Shown: piece after piece, positions 1-9,172 of the stretch
How positions within the stretch are numbered: the stretch's first letter is position 1
Layout: every line of letters begins with the position of its first letter
Assembly (NCBI GenBank): GCA_963737155.1
Contig: CAVTRN010000001.1
Location: 288,001-352,000, forward strand
Direction: 5' to 3'
From: Nitrospirota bacterium
GTDB taxonomy: Bacteria > Nitrospirota > UBA9217
DNA: 64,000 nt
The notes under the pieces: generated by a model
Told to the model about the DNA's origin: nothing
What the model saw: only the letters and a program-made list of their open reading frames with translations
Database searches by the model: none
Position numbers and translations under genes: made by a program

Positions 1-747
1 GCAGCCTGATTCAAAAAGAAGGAAGTGCATTTGATGGCGTAGTCGTGTAAAAAAAAAGATGCTTGAGAGTGGCCTTGACCATCGCTGTTCCGTATAATAC
101 ATACTTCACTTTTCTGAAACCGTTCCTAAACATGGTCATTTATTACCACGTGACAAGTACGGCGGGCCGACCAGTACTGCCGCCGATTAACGTCAGGGGT
201 TCTCGCCCTGATTAACCTAAGCCTCCGCTAAGATGCCTGAAAAGGGAAACACGCCAGACGCCGTATCGATCTCTTTAAGCATCGGTCGGTGGCCGGGGGG
301 GTTGCGCAGTTACTCCATGAAAAGATTCTTATTGTGCCGCGCAGCCTGAGGAACCCTGTAAGAGCCGTTTATTGTTACTACAAGGTTTGTGGTCGTGTTC
401 GCATGCCTTATCATTCCTAGACACTCTGTTCCAGTATCTCCCAACATGCTCTCCCCGATACCTTGCAGGTAGAGGTTCAGCACGAGCGCTTGTCACAGGT
501 GCCTCCGAATATCCTTGTATTCGTCTCGCGATTGCGAGCGCCGAAGCTTCATGCTAATAGATCCCATAGCGAGACGCATAATTTCCATAATAGTCAACGC
601 TTAATAGTACAGTAAGCCACCCATTGAAGGGACCGAAAAAAAATATTCCCCCGTCGATTGGGGGTAAAATTATAAAGACAGACAATGCTGGTTCTTTGAG
701 TCCTGGCTGGAACCATCGGTGTATCGGAAAAGGAGGAGGTTGGACTT

Positions 748-2094
748 ATGGCCCTCGATCGCAAACTCACTATGGAAAACAAACTCCAAAAGCAATTATC
801 AGAATTCCTCGGGCTCAGTCGCGCAGTTGCCCTGTACACCAGTATTCTGATAGTCCTGGTCACGATTTCGGCGGTTTACTGGGTCATTCATCTGGCCCCG
901 CCCAAAATCATTACCATCACAAGCGGTCCTCATGACAGCATCTTCTACCAGAATGCCGAGAAATACCAGAAAATACTGGCTCGCAGCAGAGTAACATTGA
1001 AAATCCTGCCATCCGAAGGGTCGCTTGAGAACCTGAAAAGGCTGAGTGATCCCTCTTTCCATGTGGACCTCGGCTTTGTTCAAGGCGGGGTTGCAGCAGG
1101 CATGAAGATTGACAACCTCCAGTCGCTCGGCAGTCTCTACTCTTCGCCGATCCTCCTTTTCTACCGAAGCCCTGCTCCTCTTGAGCTGCTTTCTCAATTT
1201 AAGGGCAAAAGACTGGCCATCGGGCCTGTGGGCAGCGGATCGCACGACCTAGCACTATCTCTGCTTGCCGCGAACGGCATCGAACCTGGCGGATCGACCG
1301 TTCTGGAGAACCAGGATGCTGAAGATGCGTCAAAAACCCTGCTTGCGGGAAAAGTTGATGTGGTGTTCCTGATGGGGGAATCAGCGCCGCCGCAGGTAAT
1401 ACGGTCACTTCTGCGGACTCCCGGGATCAGGCTCTACAATTTCGTCCAGGCCGACGCTTATGTGCGGCGCATGGTGTTTTTGAACAAGCTCGACCTTCCC
1501 CGGGGATCGATCGACTTTGGAATGGACATTCCCTCACGAGATGTCAGCCTTGTGGGCCCCACAGTCGAGCTTATTGCCCGGTCAGGCCTCCATCCTGCAC
1601 TCTCCGATTTGCTGCTTGAAGCCGCGCGTGAAGTGCACGGGGCGGCCGGAGTATTCAAACACCAGGGTGAATTTCCGGCGCCATTGGAGCATGAGTTTCG
1701 TCTGAGTGCTGATGCGCTCCGTTTCTATCAATCCGGTAAAAGTTTCCTCTATCGTTCTCTTCCCTTCTGGATAGCGAGCTTGGTAAACCGCATCCTCGTG
1801 GTGGTCGTTCCGATGGTTTTGGTATTGATCCCGGCGTTGAAAAGCATTCCCGCGCTTTACCGCTGGCGGATTCGCCTGAACATTTATCGATGGTACCGAG
1901 CGTTGCTTGACCTTGAACGCGACATGATCGGACTGAAGGCGGGCGGGGGCGGGGTAGAATTGCTTGACAGACTCGACCACATCCAGCAGGCGGTGAACAG
2001 TATGAAAGTGCCCGCGACTTTCGCCGATCAATTCTATGTGCTTCGAGGGAATATCGACTTCGTACGCGGGCGGCTTAAGGAAAAACAAGCTTAA
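748..2094 (+). CDS. TAXI-family (TRAP) solute-binding-like protein with N- and C-terminal membrane helices
   Basis: 448 aa ORF after an AGGAGG RBS. TAXI-like motifs SEGSLENL, DLGFVQGG and KRLAIGPVGSGS; hydrophobic helices near both termini. Confidence 0.8.
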   Translation: MALDRKLTMENKLQKQLSEFLGLSRAVALYTSILIVLVTISAVYWVIHLAPPKIITITSGPHDSIFYQNAEKYQKILARSRVTLKILPSEGSLENLKRLSDPSFHVDLGFVQGGVAAGMKIDNLQSLGSLYSSPILLFYRSPAPLELLSQFKGKRLAIGPVGSGSHDLALSLLAANGIEPGGSTVLENQDAEDASKTLLAGKVDVVFLMGESAPPQVIRSLLRTPGIRLYNFVQADAYVRRMVFLNKLDLPRGSIDFGMDIPSRDVSLVGPTVELIARSGLHPALSDLLLEAAREVHGAAGVFKHQGEFPAPLEHEFRLSADALRFYQSGKSFLYRSLPFWIASLVNRILVVVVPMVLVLIPALKSIPALYRWRIRLNIYRWYRALLDLERDMIGLKAGGGGVELLDRLDHIQQAVNSMKVPATFADQFYVLRGNIDFVRGRLKEKQA

Positions 2095-2216
2095 GGGCTT
2101 CTCGACGTTATGAAAGGGCGTTTGTTATCTGCATTGTGACTACAGATATACTTTTATGCTCATCCGACATCGTTCCAGCGAACTCGTTAAACCATCATCG
2201 CCGAAAGGAGTCTCAT

Positions 2217-2758
2217 TTATCAAATGGCTCCGTAAAATCCGTGCGTTCAGACGGGGGATATAAAGCGTTGACACGAAGCAATCAGGCGGAAATTTCTTGC
2301 TGTTCGATGTATCGTTTAATGCTATGGAGTGGAGCGCCTCCGCAAGATGCAGCAAAATAGCTAGGAGACCATAAGGCGTCTTTCCAATAATGTTTGCGCA
2401 GATCGTTGTGCGCTCTTTTCATTAATCTTGCAGATACTCCTTTGAGGCTATTTACTATTTTAGCGACCGGCGTTTTAGGTTGATAGTTAATCAGCAGGTG
2501 GACATGATCTCGCTCACCATCTATTCCCACCAGTTCAGCCTCGAAATCCCGGCAAACTTCGGCGAAAATAGTTTTCATGGAGTCGTAATGCTTTTTCTGG
2601 AATATTTGCCGCCGGTATTTGGTGACAAAGACCAAATGCACGTGTAAATTGAATACACAATGCCTGCCGTGTCTAATATCGGTTGACTTTTTCATAGACC
2701 AATGATATCATAGCGCATGATAGTTTGCAAGATCTTTGCGTGCCGGATAAGTGGCTAA
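2217..2758. mobile_element. IS200/IS605-family element: left end, intact tnpA, truncated divergent tnpB start
   Basis: TTAT target (2217-2220) followed by a subterminal hairpin CGTAAAATCCGT..ACGGGGGATATA. tnpA points toward this end. A divergent 13-codon stub MIVCKIFACRISG* at 2717-2758 sits where tnpB would begin. Confidence 0.75.
2282..2695 (-). CDS. tnpA: IS200/IS605 Y1 HUH transposase TnpA
   Basis: HLVFVTKYRR, HUH motif DHVHLL, LWSPSYF and catalytic Tyr in IKRYIEQQ. Confidence 0.95.
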   Translation of the reverse strand: MKKSTDIRHGRHCVFNLHVHLVFVTKYRRQIFQKKHYDSMKTIFAEVCRDFEAELVGIDGERDHVHLLINYQPKTPVAKIVNSLKGVSARLMKRAHNDLRKHYWKDALWSPSYFAASCGGAPLHSIKRYIEQQEISA

Positions 2759-2906
2759 GCCCAAGATTAGCGTGACTCACTTCGTTGAACTACGCGAAAT
2801 GTCGGAAAGAAAGTTGAATGTTTCGCAGACTGCAATGAACAACCCAGCCGATAAGTCAGAGCGATAAAAAGTTTTCCTAATTCGTTCATGACAAAAAGGA
2901 GAAAAC

Positions 2907-3209
2907 ATGAAAAGAACACTTATTGCTGCAGCAATTCTGTCATTCGTGTTTGCACTGTCAGCGTTCGCGGCTGAAGACGGACAGCAGCCGAATGCACCGG
3001 CTGCCACTTTTGCACAAAGACAGGCCCACATTTTAAAAATATTCGACGATCGGATGGCCGCCCTTCAGGCGGCAAAAATCTGCGTGCAAACGGCAACGGA
3101 TGACAACGATCTCAAGGCTTGCAGGAAAAAGTATATGGGCGAGATGAGAGAGCGGCGCGGTGAAACACAGCAGAGTCGTGGCATGACGGGTGGTCCGCAA
3201 GGGCAGTGA
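2907..3209 (+). CDS. Small secreted helical protein of unknown function
   Basis: AGGAG RBS, Sec signal peptide ending in AFA-A, two Cys (ICVQ...KACR). Confidence 0.75.
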   Translation: MKRTLIAAAILSFVFALSAFAAEDGQQPNAPAATFAQRQAHILKIFDDRMAALQAAKICVQTATDDNDLKACRKKYMGEMRERRGETQQSRGMTGGPQGQ

Positions 3210-3329
3210 TTCACGTCGTAATAGCAACCTGTTGAACAGCTGTACCGTTTCGCTTTTTATTTTAGTCTCTATCTTCACCGATAAATGTTGTAAATTTTTA
3301 GCACGCCGGCCGGCTTATATTTCCTTTCG

Positions 3330-3483
3330 CCGTATTTTGCTTATTGCTTCCCGCTGAGTATTGTGCCAGCGCCCGTTTGCGCTCATCTTTGTGGTTTCGT
3401 TCCCGATTGCACTATGGGGGTTGCCGAAATCTTTACTTATCTTCACTCAGGATCAACTTTGCCCGGTTGCCCTTTCGTCCCAT
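3330..3483 (-). pseudogene. Possible degenerate IS630-family transposase N-terminal fragment
   Basis: RBS followed by MGRKGNRAKLILSEDK*, then frameshifted pieces ..KRA.LAQYSAG/EAISKIRR. Resembles IS630 HTH N-termini by eye only. Confidence 0.3.
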
Positions 3484-3844
3484 GGTTACACCCTTCCTTT
3501 TGGTTTAGATTAACCATATCATGGTATCCCGCCGATAAAGTAAATGTTTTATTTGAAACGTTATACCAGGATTCGCGAATCAGGCTTTGTTGCTACTAAG
3601 AGCTACGCCTGATTCTATTCGCGGATGCTGCAGAATTGTCTGTGCGTGGCTGGTTTACGGGTTGTATGGGAACAGCCATTTGTTCCGGAAGACACGTCTT
3701 GATGCGAATTGCACCTTCACAGCGGAATTAACTACAGTTCCGAACAAAGTACAGAATAATCAGACAATACGCCCTTTTATTGCTCACAGAAATATTCATC
3801 TTTTGTCCCGCCGCGACAATGATGGGGGACGTTCAAAAAGAATC

Positions 3845-4951
3845 TTATGAGCGGCACCGGCCCTTGAATGTCCAGTACGAATTCAGAAAATAATTGACGA
3901 GGGTGGCGGGCACGATGCCCACGGCTTGGTGCACTTGCGGAATGCCGCGGGGATTAAGTGCGCTCAGCAGCAGAAAGGTCGTATAGCTCATACCGAGCGC
4001 GGCGAATGAAATAATATTGAATTTAAGACCGCGAATATGAATCTTGTCGTTCATTTCCTGCTTGGAGAACGTCCAGTAATTGTTCAGCAGGAAATTGGTG
4101 ATGATTGAAATTTCTATCGCGATAGGTGATGCGATAAATTTGTTCAACCCTGCGTTCATCAGTATCGTGAAGAAAACCAGGTTCACCGCCACGCCGCTCG
4201 CTCCGACCACCAGGAATTTCAGGAAGGTCTTGCTCCGCTCGAACCGGATCCACCAAGCGTTCAGCATAAATTCGCCGATATCTGAAATCCCCATTTTCGT
4301 GTTTCCTCGTTTCCTGTCCACGAAATGGACCGGGATTTCACTCACCTTCGCGCCATTCACGATCGCCTCATGAAGAAGCGATATTTGGAACGCGTAGCCC
4401 CGAACCCGGAACGCATCGAGATCGATCCGTTTGATAATGTCCGCACGGATCGCGCGAAAACCCGCGGTGCAGTCCCGCACCCGATAGACGCCGGCAACAT
4501 ACCGCGCGAAAACGTTCCCCCACTTGGAGATCATCCTGCGCAGCAGCCCCCAATCTTTAGGAATCCGGCCGCCCGGAACATACCTGCTGCCGATAACAAA
4601 ATCGGCACCCTGGTCGATGGCCTCGATCAGCCGCGGCACATCCTCGGGCTTGTGCGAGAAGTCGGAGTCCATTTCCATAACCACGTCGGCATGCAGCACG
4701 TCGATCGCGTGCTTCATGCCCCTGATATACGCCGCTCCCAGCCCGCACTTTTCCCCGGTCAGCAGGAACACATTGGGCGCCTTGCTGCTTGCGGCTCTGA
4801 CAATATCAGCGGTACCGTCCGGAGAATTGTCATCAACGACCAGAATGCTCATATGATGCGAAATCCTTTTAAATTGCAGCATGAGCGAGTCGATCATGAG
4901 CGATATGTTTTCTTTTTCGTTGTAAGTCGGAAGAATAACTACGATTTTCAT
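3845..4951 (-). CDS. GT2 polyprenol-phosphate glycosyltransferase (DPM1-like) fused to a GtrA-type flippase domain
   Basis: ILPTYNE, VVDDNSPDGT, MDSDFSH, DCTAGFRA; C-terminal FLKFLVVGASG..NFLLNNYWTF GtrA pattern; ATGA overlap with the upstream gene. Confidence 0.9.
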   Translation of the reverse strand: MKIVVILPTYNEKENISLMIDSLMLQFKRISHHMSILVVDDNSPDGTADIVRAASSKAPNVFLLTGEKCGLGAAYIRGMKHAIDVLHADVVMEMDSDFSHKPEDVPRLIEAIDQGADFVIGSRYVPGGRIPKDWGLLRRMISKWGNVFARYVAGVYRVRDCTAGFRAIRADIIKRIDLDAFRVRGYAFQISLLHEAIVNGAKVSEIPVHFVDRKRGNTKMGISDIGEFMLNAWWIRFERSKTFLKFLVVGASGVAVNLVFFTILMNAGLNKFIASPIAIEISIITNFLLNNYWTFSKQEMNDKIHIRGLKFNIISFAALGMSYTTFLLLSALNPRGIPQVHQAVGIVPATLVNYFLNSYWTFKGRCRS

Positions 4952-6189
4952 GAAACCCCTGAACGCGGAACGTTTCCCCCGGCTAACGGATTTGCCACGT
5001 CCGTAAACAGCCGGAAAAGCGTGTATGCGGCGAAGAACACAGCAACGAATGGGGGCAACCATATCGGTTCAGCGTGCGGGGCAAGTAACCGCTCGATAAA
5101 CCTGGTAGCGATGAGCAAAATGACCATGCCGACAAGCAGCATGCCTTGCTCCCTCCTTTGTTCAATCAGGAATGCGGAGGCAAGAAAGGCGGCAATTGCG
5201 GGACTAAGCATGGCATAAGTGTTGTTTTCGGTTCTTGGACTGAACAGCATAAGGTACAATGACGCAAGCGTGAAAAGGTAGAGCGCTGCGCGGGAAGGTT
5301 CCAGGCGCCGTTTCATGAACAAACAAAGAAGCAGCGTGGCAATCGCACCGGCAATTCGTATGGCGGTCTGAATGTTCTCCGGCACCTCAGCAATACCAAG
5401 CGCGCGCAACGCGGTGAATGGAGTCGTCCATCCCCAGACTGAGACCCCAACATGCGCGGCAGTGATCATGTTCTGCACGCATGCGATATATTGCTGCACG
5501 ACATAGCTCGGCGCTTGTGTGAGAAAAGGCGCCATCGCCGTCACTCCCATGCCCACGAGCAGCCGCCAACTCATCCTTCGGTCAATCGCCATGACCAGCA
5601 GTACGAGCACCAGGACCAGCGGCTTGATCGCAACGCCGAGCGACAGCCAGAGCGTCGCCCTCCACCAGCGGGCGTGTGCTATGTCCGAAACCGCAAGCAG
5701 CATCAAGCCAGTAATGATCAGCGTAGCCTGTCCGTTGCGCGCGCAGTCCCAGACCAACGGAATAGTCACAAGCGACAACAGAGGGAAAAACTCCCCTGCT
5801 GAGCGCTCTCCCGCGAGCCTGCCTAACCGGTAGAGGCCTGCAGCAAATACGGCGACCATGGTCATCCGCCACAGGATCTCCCCGGCAGTCGTTGGAAAAA
5901 GCGCGTACGGAACGAACAGAACTGCCGCTTGCGGCAGATACACGAAGCCGCCCACGCCTTTGAGATCGTACAGGGGCTGTCCGCTGATCCAACTCAGCGC
6001 ACCGGTCCGGTATGATGGAACGACGGACCGTTTTCCGACAACAGCGACAATCGCAGATACCGCAAGAAACAGAACAATCCATCCTGCCACCGCGATCCGC
6101 ATCGCCTGTTTGTTGCTCACCATCGACATGATTGACTCCGCTTCCGATCGAACCACCACAGGCACATTATCCGGCCGGTTGATCTCCAT
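4948..6189 (-). CDS. GT87/DUF2029 polyprenol-dependent membrane glycosyltransferase (GT-C fold); start uncertain
   Basis: GQPLY..GFVYLPQAAVLFVP, RNGQ and AIKP motifs; many TM helices. Confidence 0.8.
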   Translation of the reverse strand: MEINRPDNVPVVVRSEAESIMSMVSNKQAMRIAVAGWIVLFLAVSAIVAVVGKRSVVPSYRTGALSWISGQPLYDLKGVGGFVYLPQAAVLFVPYALFPTTAGEILWRMTMVAVFAAGLYRLGRLAGERSAGEFFPLLSLVTIPLVWDCARNGQATLIITGLMLLAVSDIAHARWWRATLWLSLGVAIKPLVLVLVLLVMAIDRRMSWRLLVGMGVTAMAPFLTQAPSYVVQQYIACVQNMITAAHVGVSVWGWTTPFTALRALGIAEVPENIQTAIRIAGAIATLLLCLFMKRRLEPSRAALYLFTLASLYLMLFSPRTENNTYAMLSPAIAAFLASAFLIEQRREQGMLLVGMVILLIATRFIERLLAPHAEPIWLPPFVAVFFAAYTLFRLFTDVANPLAGGNVPRSGVS

Positions 6190-6427
6190 AAATATATCAG
6201 AATCGCACCATCCTATCAAATACTATTTGCGGTAATTGCCGTGTTCAATCTCACAAGGCGCGCCTCCTCAGCACATTTACATTTACGTATGTGCGTTCGC
6301 AGCAATCTGCCAATTGGCGACCAGTTTCGATGTCCGAATTGTCTCATGGGGTAATGATTTTCCTTGTAAATTCTTGTATAATACGATACTTTTAATATTT
6401 AAATACCCTGGTAATTGGCTGGAACCT

Positions 6428-8131
6428 GTGAAGAACAACATTTATTCCGCATCAGCATTGATACTTCTATTTGTGTTCTGGATGACGCCCGGTCTTATCG
6501 GCCGCGAGCCTTGGAAGGCAGACGAACCCCTCAACTTTGGAATCGCTGATGAAATGATGCGGTCCGGTGATTGGATTGTCCCCCGGTTGACCGGTGAAAC
6601 CTTCCTTGAAAAACCTCCCCTCTATTATGCGACCGCCGCGGTATGCGGCAGGCTGTTTTCTCCGCCACTCCAATTGTACGACGCCTGCCGCATTGCCACT
6701 GCTTTTTATATGTTTCTTGCCGTCCTTTTTTTCGCGCTCACGGCGCGGGAGTTATACGGGCCGGAATTCGGGGGCAGTGCCGTATTTCTGCTGATCAGCT
6801 GTGTTGCGCTTCAGGTAGCCGGCCATAAAATAATTCCCGATGTCGGCCTCTTTGCCGGATTTTCCATCGCTATCTACGGTCTCGCGCTCTGCAGAAGAAG
6901 GAAAACATTGGGCGGATTCTGGATTGGAACGGGAACCGGAATAGGATTTCTGACAAAAGGGCTGCTCGCACCGGGCATATTGGGTATTATCGCCGTCCTT
7001 CTTCCCCTGTTTTTCCCCGCGTGGCGACGAAAGGACTACCGTCATTCCCTCTTGGTAGCCTTTGCGGCCGCCCTGCCCTGGCTCACGATCTGGCCTTTTG
7101 CGCTTTTCCACCGGTCTCCCGATTTTTTCATGCAATGGCTCGTACACGAGAACTTCGGACGTTTTTTGGGGAACAACTACGGCGGAACTGTGGGATTCGA
7201 CGAGCACAAACTGAATTCCCACGCTTATTTTTTGACGAGCCTGATCTGGCTTGCATGGCCAGCCGTGCTTCCGGCTGCATGGTCACTCTGGCATTTCCGG
7301 CAGACACGCCGAGACCACCCCGTTTATCAAGTTCCTGTTCTCGTATTCGTGGTGATGCTTGCAACGCTCTGCATATCTGCGACGAGCCGTTCGATCTATG
7401 CCATGCCGATACTGCTGCCGATATCCCTGATTGCGCTCCCGGTAATACCAAAGATCCCGGCTCGCATGACCAGGTTCGGAAATTGGTTCAGCATTCTGTT
7501 CTCCGGCGGCCTCGCACTCGTATTGTGGTTCGGCTGGCTGGCCATGATAACCGGCAGTCCGGCGGTCATCGCGCAAAAGCTGCACTATTTCCTGCCGGAT
7601 TATATCCCTGCAGTAAAAGGGATATTGCTGGTTGCAGCGCTCTGCTACTCCCTTGTGTGGCTATTCATGGTTGTCGCGATTACCCGCGTAGATAAGGATT
7701 TTATCGTAAACTGGACACTCGGCGTACTGCTGATTTGGGGGCTTCTCATGACGCTCTGGCTTCCGGCCCTGAATTCGGGCTCAAGCTACCGCGCTGCCTT
7801 CACGGACCTGAAGAAGTCCTTACCGCAGGAATATTCCTGTATTGCAAGCCGCGGCCTTGGTGAATCGGAGAGGGCCATGCTCAAATACTTTACCGGTCTG
7901 CAAACACTCAGGGTTGAGACAGCCGGATCACCGGGAAATTGCGACCTGCTACTCGAAGAGCAGAGCGGAGACGACGTCAGAAAACCGCAAGCCGGCATGC
8001 AACTCATATGGGAATTCGACCATCCAAGCAGCAGACCCAAGAACATCTTCACCCTTTTCCGGATAAACACCGCAAAAACGTCGAGTAGAGTAAAAGCTTA
8101 CCATGCAACGTCAGATGTGAAGCACAGTTGA
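6428..8131 (+). CDS. ArnT/PMT-like (GT39/GT83) membrane glycosyltransferase
   Basis: ADEP, GDWIVPRLTGETFLEKPPLYY and GFLTKG motifs; polytopic membrane protein; likely GTG start at 6428. Confidence 0.85.
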   Translation: MKNNIYSASALILLFVFWMTPGLIGREPWKADEPLNFGIADEMMRSGDWIVPRLTGETFLEKPPLYYATAAVCGRLFSPPLQLYDACRIATAFYMFLAVLFFALTARELYGPEFGGSAVFLLISCVALQVAGHKIIPDVGLFAGFSIAIYGLALCRRRKTLGGFWIGTGTGIGFLTKGLLAPGILGIIAVLLPLFFPAWRRKDYRHSLLVAFAAALPWLTIWPFALFHRSPDFFMQWLVHENFGRFLGNNYGGTVGFDEHKLNSHAYFLTSLIWLAWPAVLPAAWSLWHFRQTRRDHPVYQVPVLVFVVMLATLCISATSRSIYAMPILLPISLIALPVIPKIPARMTRFGNWFSILFSGGLALVLWFGWLAMITGSPAVIAQKLHYFLPDYIPAVKGILLVAALCYSLVWLFMVVAITRVDKDFIVNWTLGVLLIWGLLMTLWLPALNSGSSYRAAFTDLKKSLPQEYSCIASRGLGESERAMLKYFTGLQTLRVETAGSPGNCDLLLEEQSGDDVRKPQAGMQLIWEFDHPSSRPKNIFTLFRINTAKTSSRVKAYHATSDVKHS

Positions 8132-8326
8132 ATGATCAATAAAATGCTTTAATTTTTCATCAACCCAATTGCCGATTTAGGATATTTGATTCGCCAACTT
8201 ACCATTCGTTGATAATCCTCCCCCCATGAAGAGCGTGGTACAAGTCCTTTTTCTTTGCATTCTTGATATAATGCACGCCTCATTTTCTCACATCTGCCAA
8301 ATAGGAGCAGGACTGGTCTTGCGTGA

Positions 8327-8360
8327 ATTCAAGCAGTTATATTTTGGCATGCGAACTGCA
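8327..8360 (+). promoter_or_regulatory. sigma54 -24/-12 promoter with adjacent IHF-like site
   Basis: TTGGCAT-GCGAA-CTGCA with GG(8346) and GC(8358) at the correct spacing. ATTCAAGCAGTTA is one mismatch from WATCAANNNNTTR. Conserved at the second copy. Confidence 0.8.
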
Positions 8361-8399
8361 ATAACACTGGCAAGACTGAACGAAAAGGGGGACACAAAA

Positions 8400-8705
8400 A
8401 TGAATACCACTCTCTCAAGAAAAACAGCATACATCGGGGCAGGCGCAGGGCTGGTGATCTTTGCTCTCTTCGGACTCCTTCCTGGCAGTCTTCTGGGCGG
8501 CGCCGCGGGAATCAAAGTAGCGGGGCTGTTCTTCGGGCTTCCCCTCGATCCAGGCATCTTGTCACGGGCGATCGTGCTCTCTTCCATGCTCGTGGGCGTC
8601 GTGGTCGCGGGGATCACGATCGTTACCGCCACGGCCACCCTGGGATGGCTCGGGGGCAGAGTGCTTGAGGGATCGGCAGAGAAGAAGACCTCGGAAGTTG
8701 CATAA
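8400..8705 (+). CDS. Small Gly-rich membrane protein A (cassette copy 1), unknown function
   Basis: AAGGGGG RBS, 101 aa, hydrophobic; homologous to 30718..31062. Confidence 0.9.
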   Translation: MNTTLSRKTAYIGAGAGLVIFALFGLLPGSLLGGAAGIKVAGLFFGLPLDPGILSRAIVLSSMLVGVVVAGITIVTATATLGWLGGRVLEGSAEKKTSEVA

Positions 8706-8770
8706 CTTAACAATCACAGGTGCGAAGGCACATCAAATTTCTATGGCTGCGGCCAAGAGGAGACACTATC

Positions 8771-9088
8771 ATGAAGAACGAGACGGTAAAATCAGGTATG
8801 AAGATTGGTGCAACAATAGGCGGTTTGGTATTCCTGGTGTTCGGCATCATGCCGGGGTTCTATTTCGGGAGCTACGGGACTCTGATCCTGCTTCAGAAGC
8901 TGATGGGCGGTCCGGTTGAGCCGACGCTCGTCGTCAGGGCGGCGATTGTGATAGGGATCATGGTTGGCATTTCCTGCGCGGCCGCGGTGAGCATTGTGGT
9001 GGGCGGCCTTCTGGGCACGGTGGCCGGACTTGTAGTCTCCACCCCCGAAGCTCTGCGCAACAAGCAGGCTGCTGCCGAAAAGGCGTAA
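8771..9088 (+). CDS. Small Gly-rich membrane protein B (cassette copy 1), unknown function
   Basis: GAGGAG RBS, 105 aa; homologous to 30414..30728 and, without gaps, to protein A. Confidence 0.9.
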   Translation: MKNETVKSGMKIGATIGGLVFLVFGIMPGFYFGSYGTLILLQKLMGGPVEPTLVVRAAIVIGIMVGISCAAAVSIVVGGLLGTVAGLVVSTPEALRNKQAAAEKA

Positions 9089-9143
9089 GGAAACGCCCGT
9101 CACCAAACGACGGAAAATCTCAAGCTTTTAGAATGCAAATGCC

Positions 9144-9172
9144 AGGGCGGTGAGAAATCACCGCCCTCTGTT
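9144..9172 (+). terminator. Stem-loop terminator after the membrane-protein cassette
   Basis: AGGGCGGTGA-GAAA-TCACCGCCCT perfect stem followed by CTGTT. Confidence 0.65.

Noticed and set aside
75-98. sigma70 promoter TTGACC..TATAAT
   Set aside because: The spacer is only 12 bp.
215-306. c-di-GMP-I riboswitch call
   Set aside because: Partial resemblance only. The GGCAAAC..GAAA..GACGCAAA P1 core is missing, so it is kept only as an unclassified hairpin.
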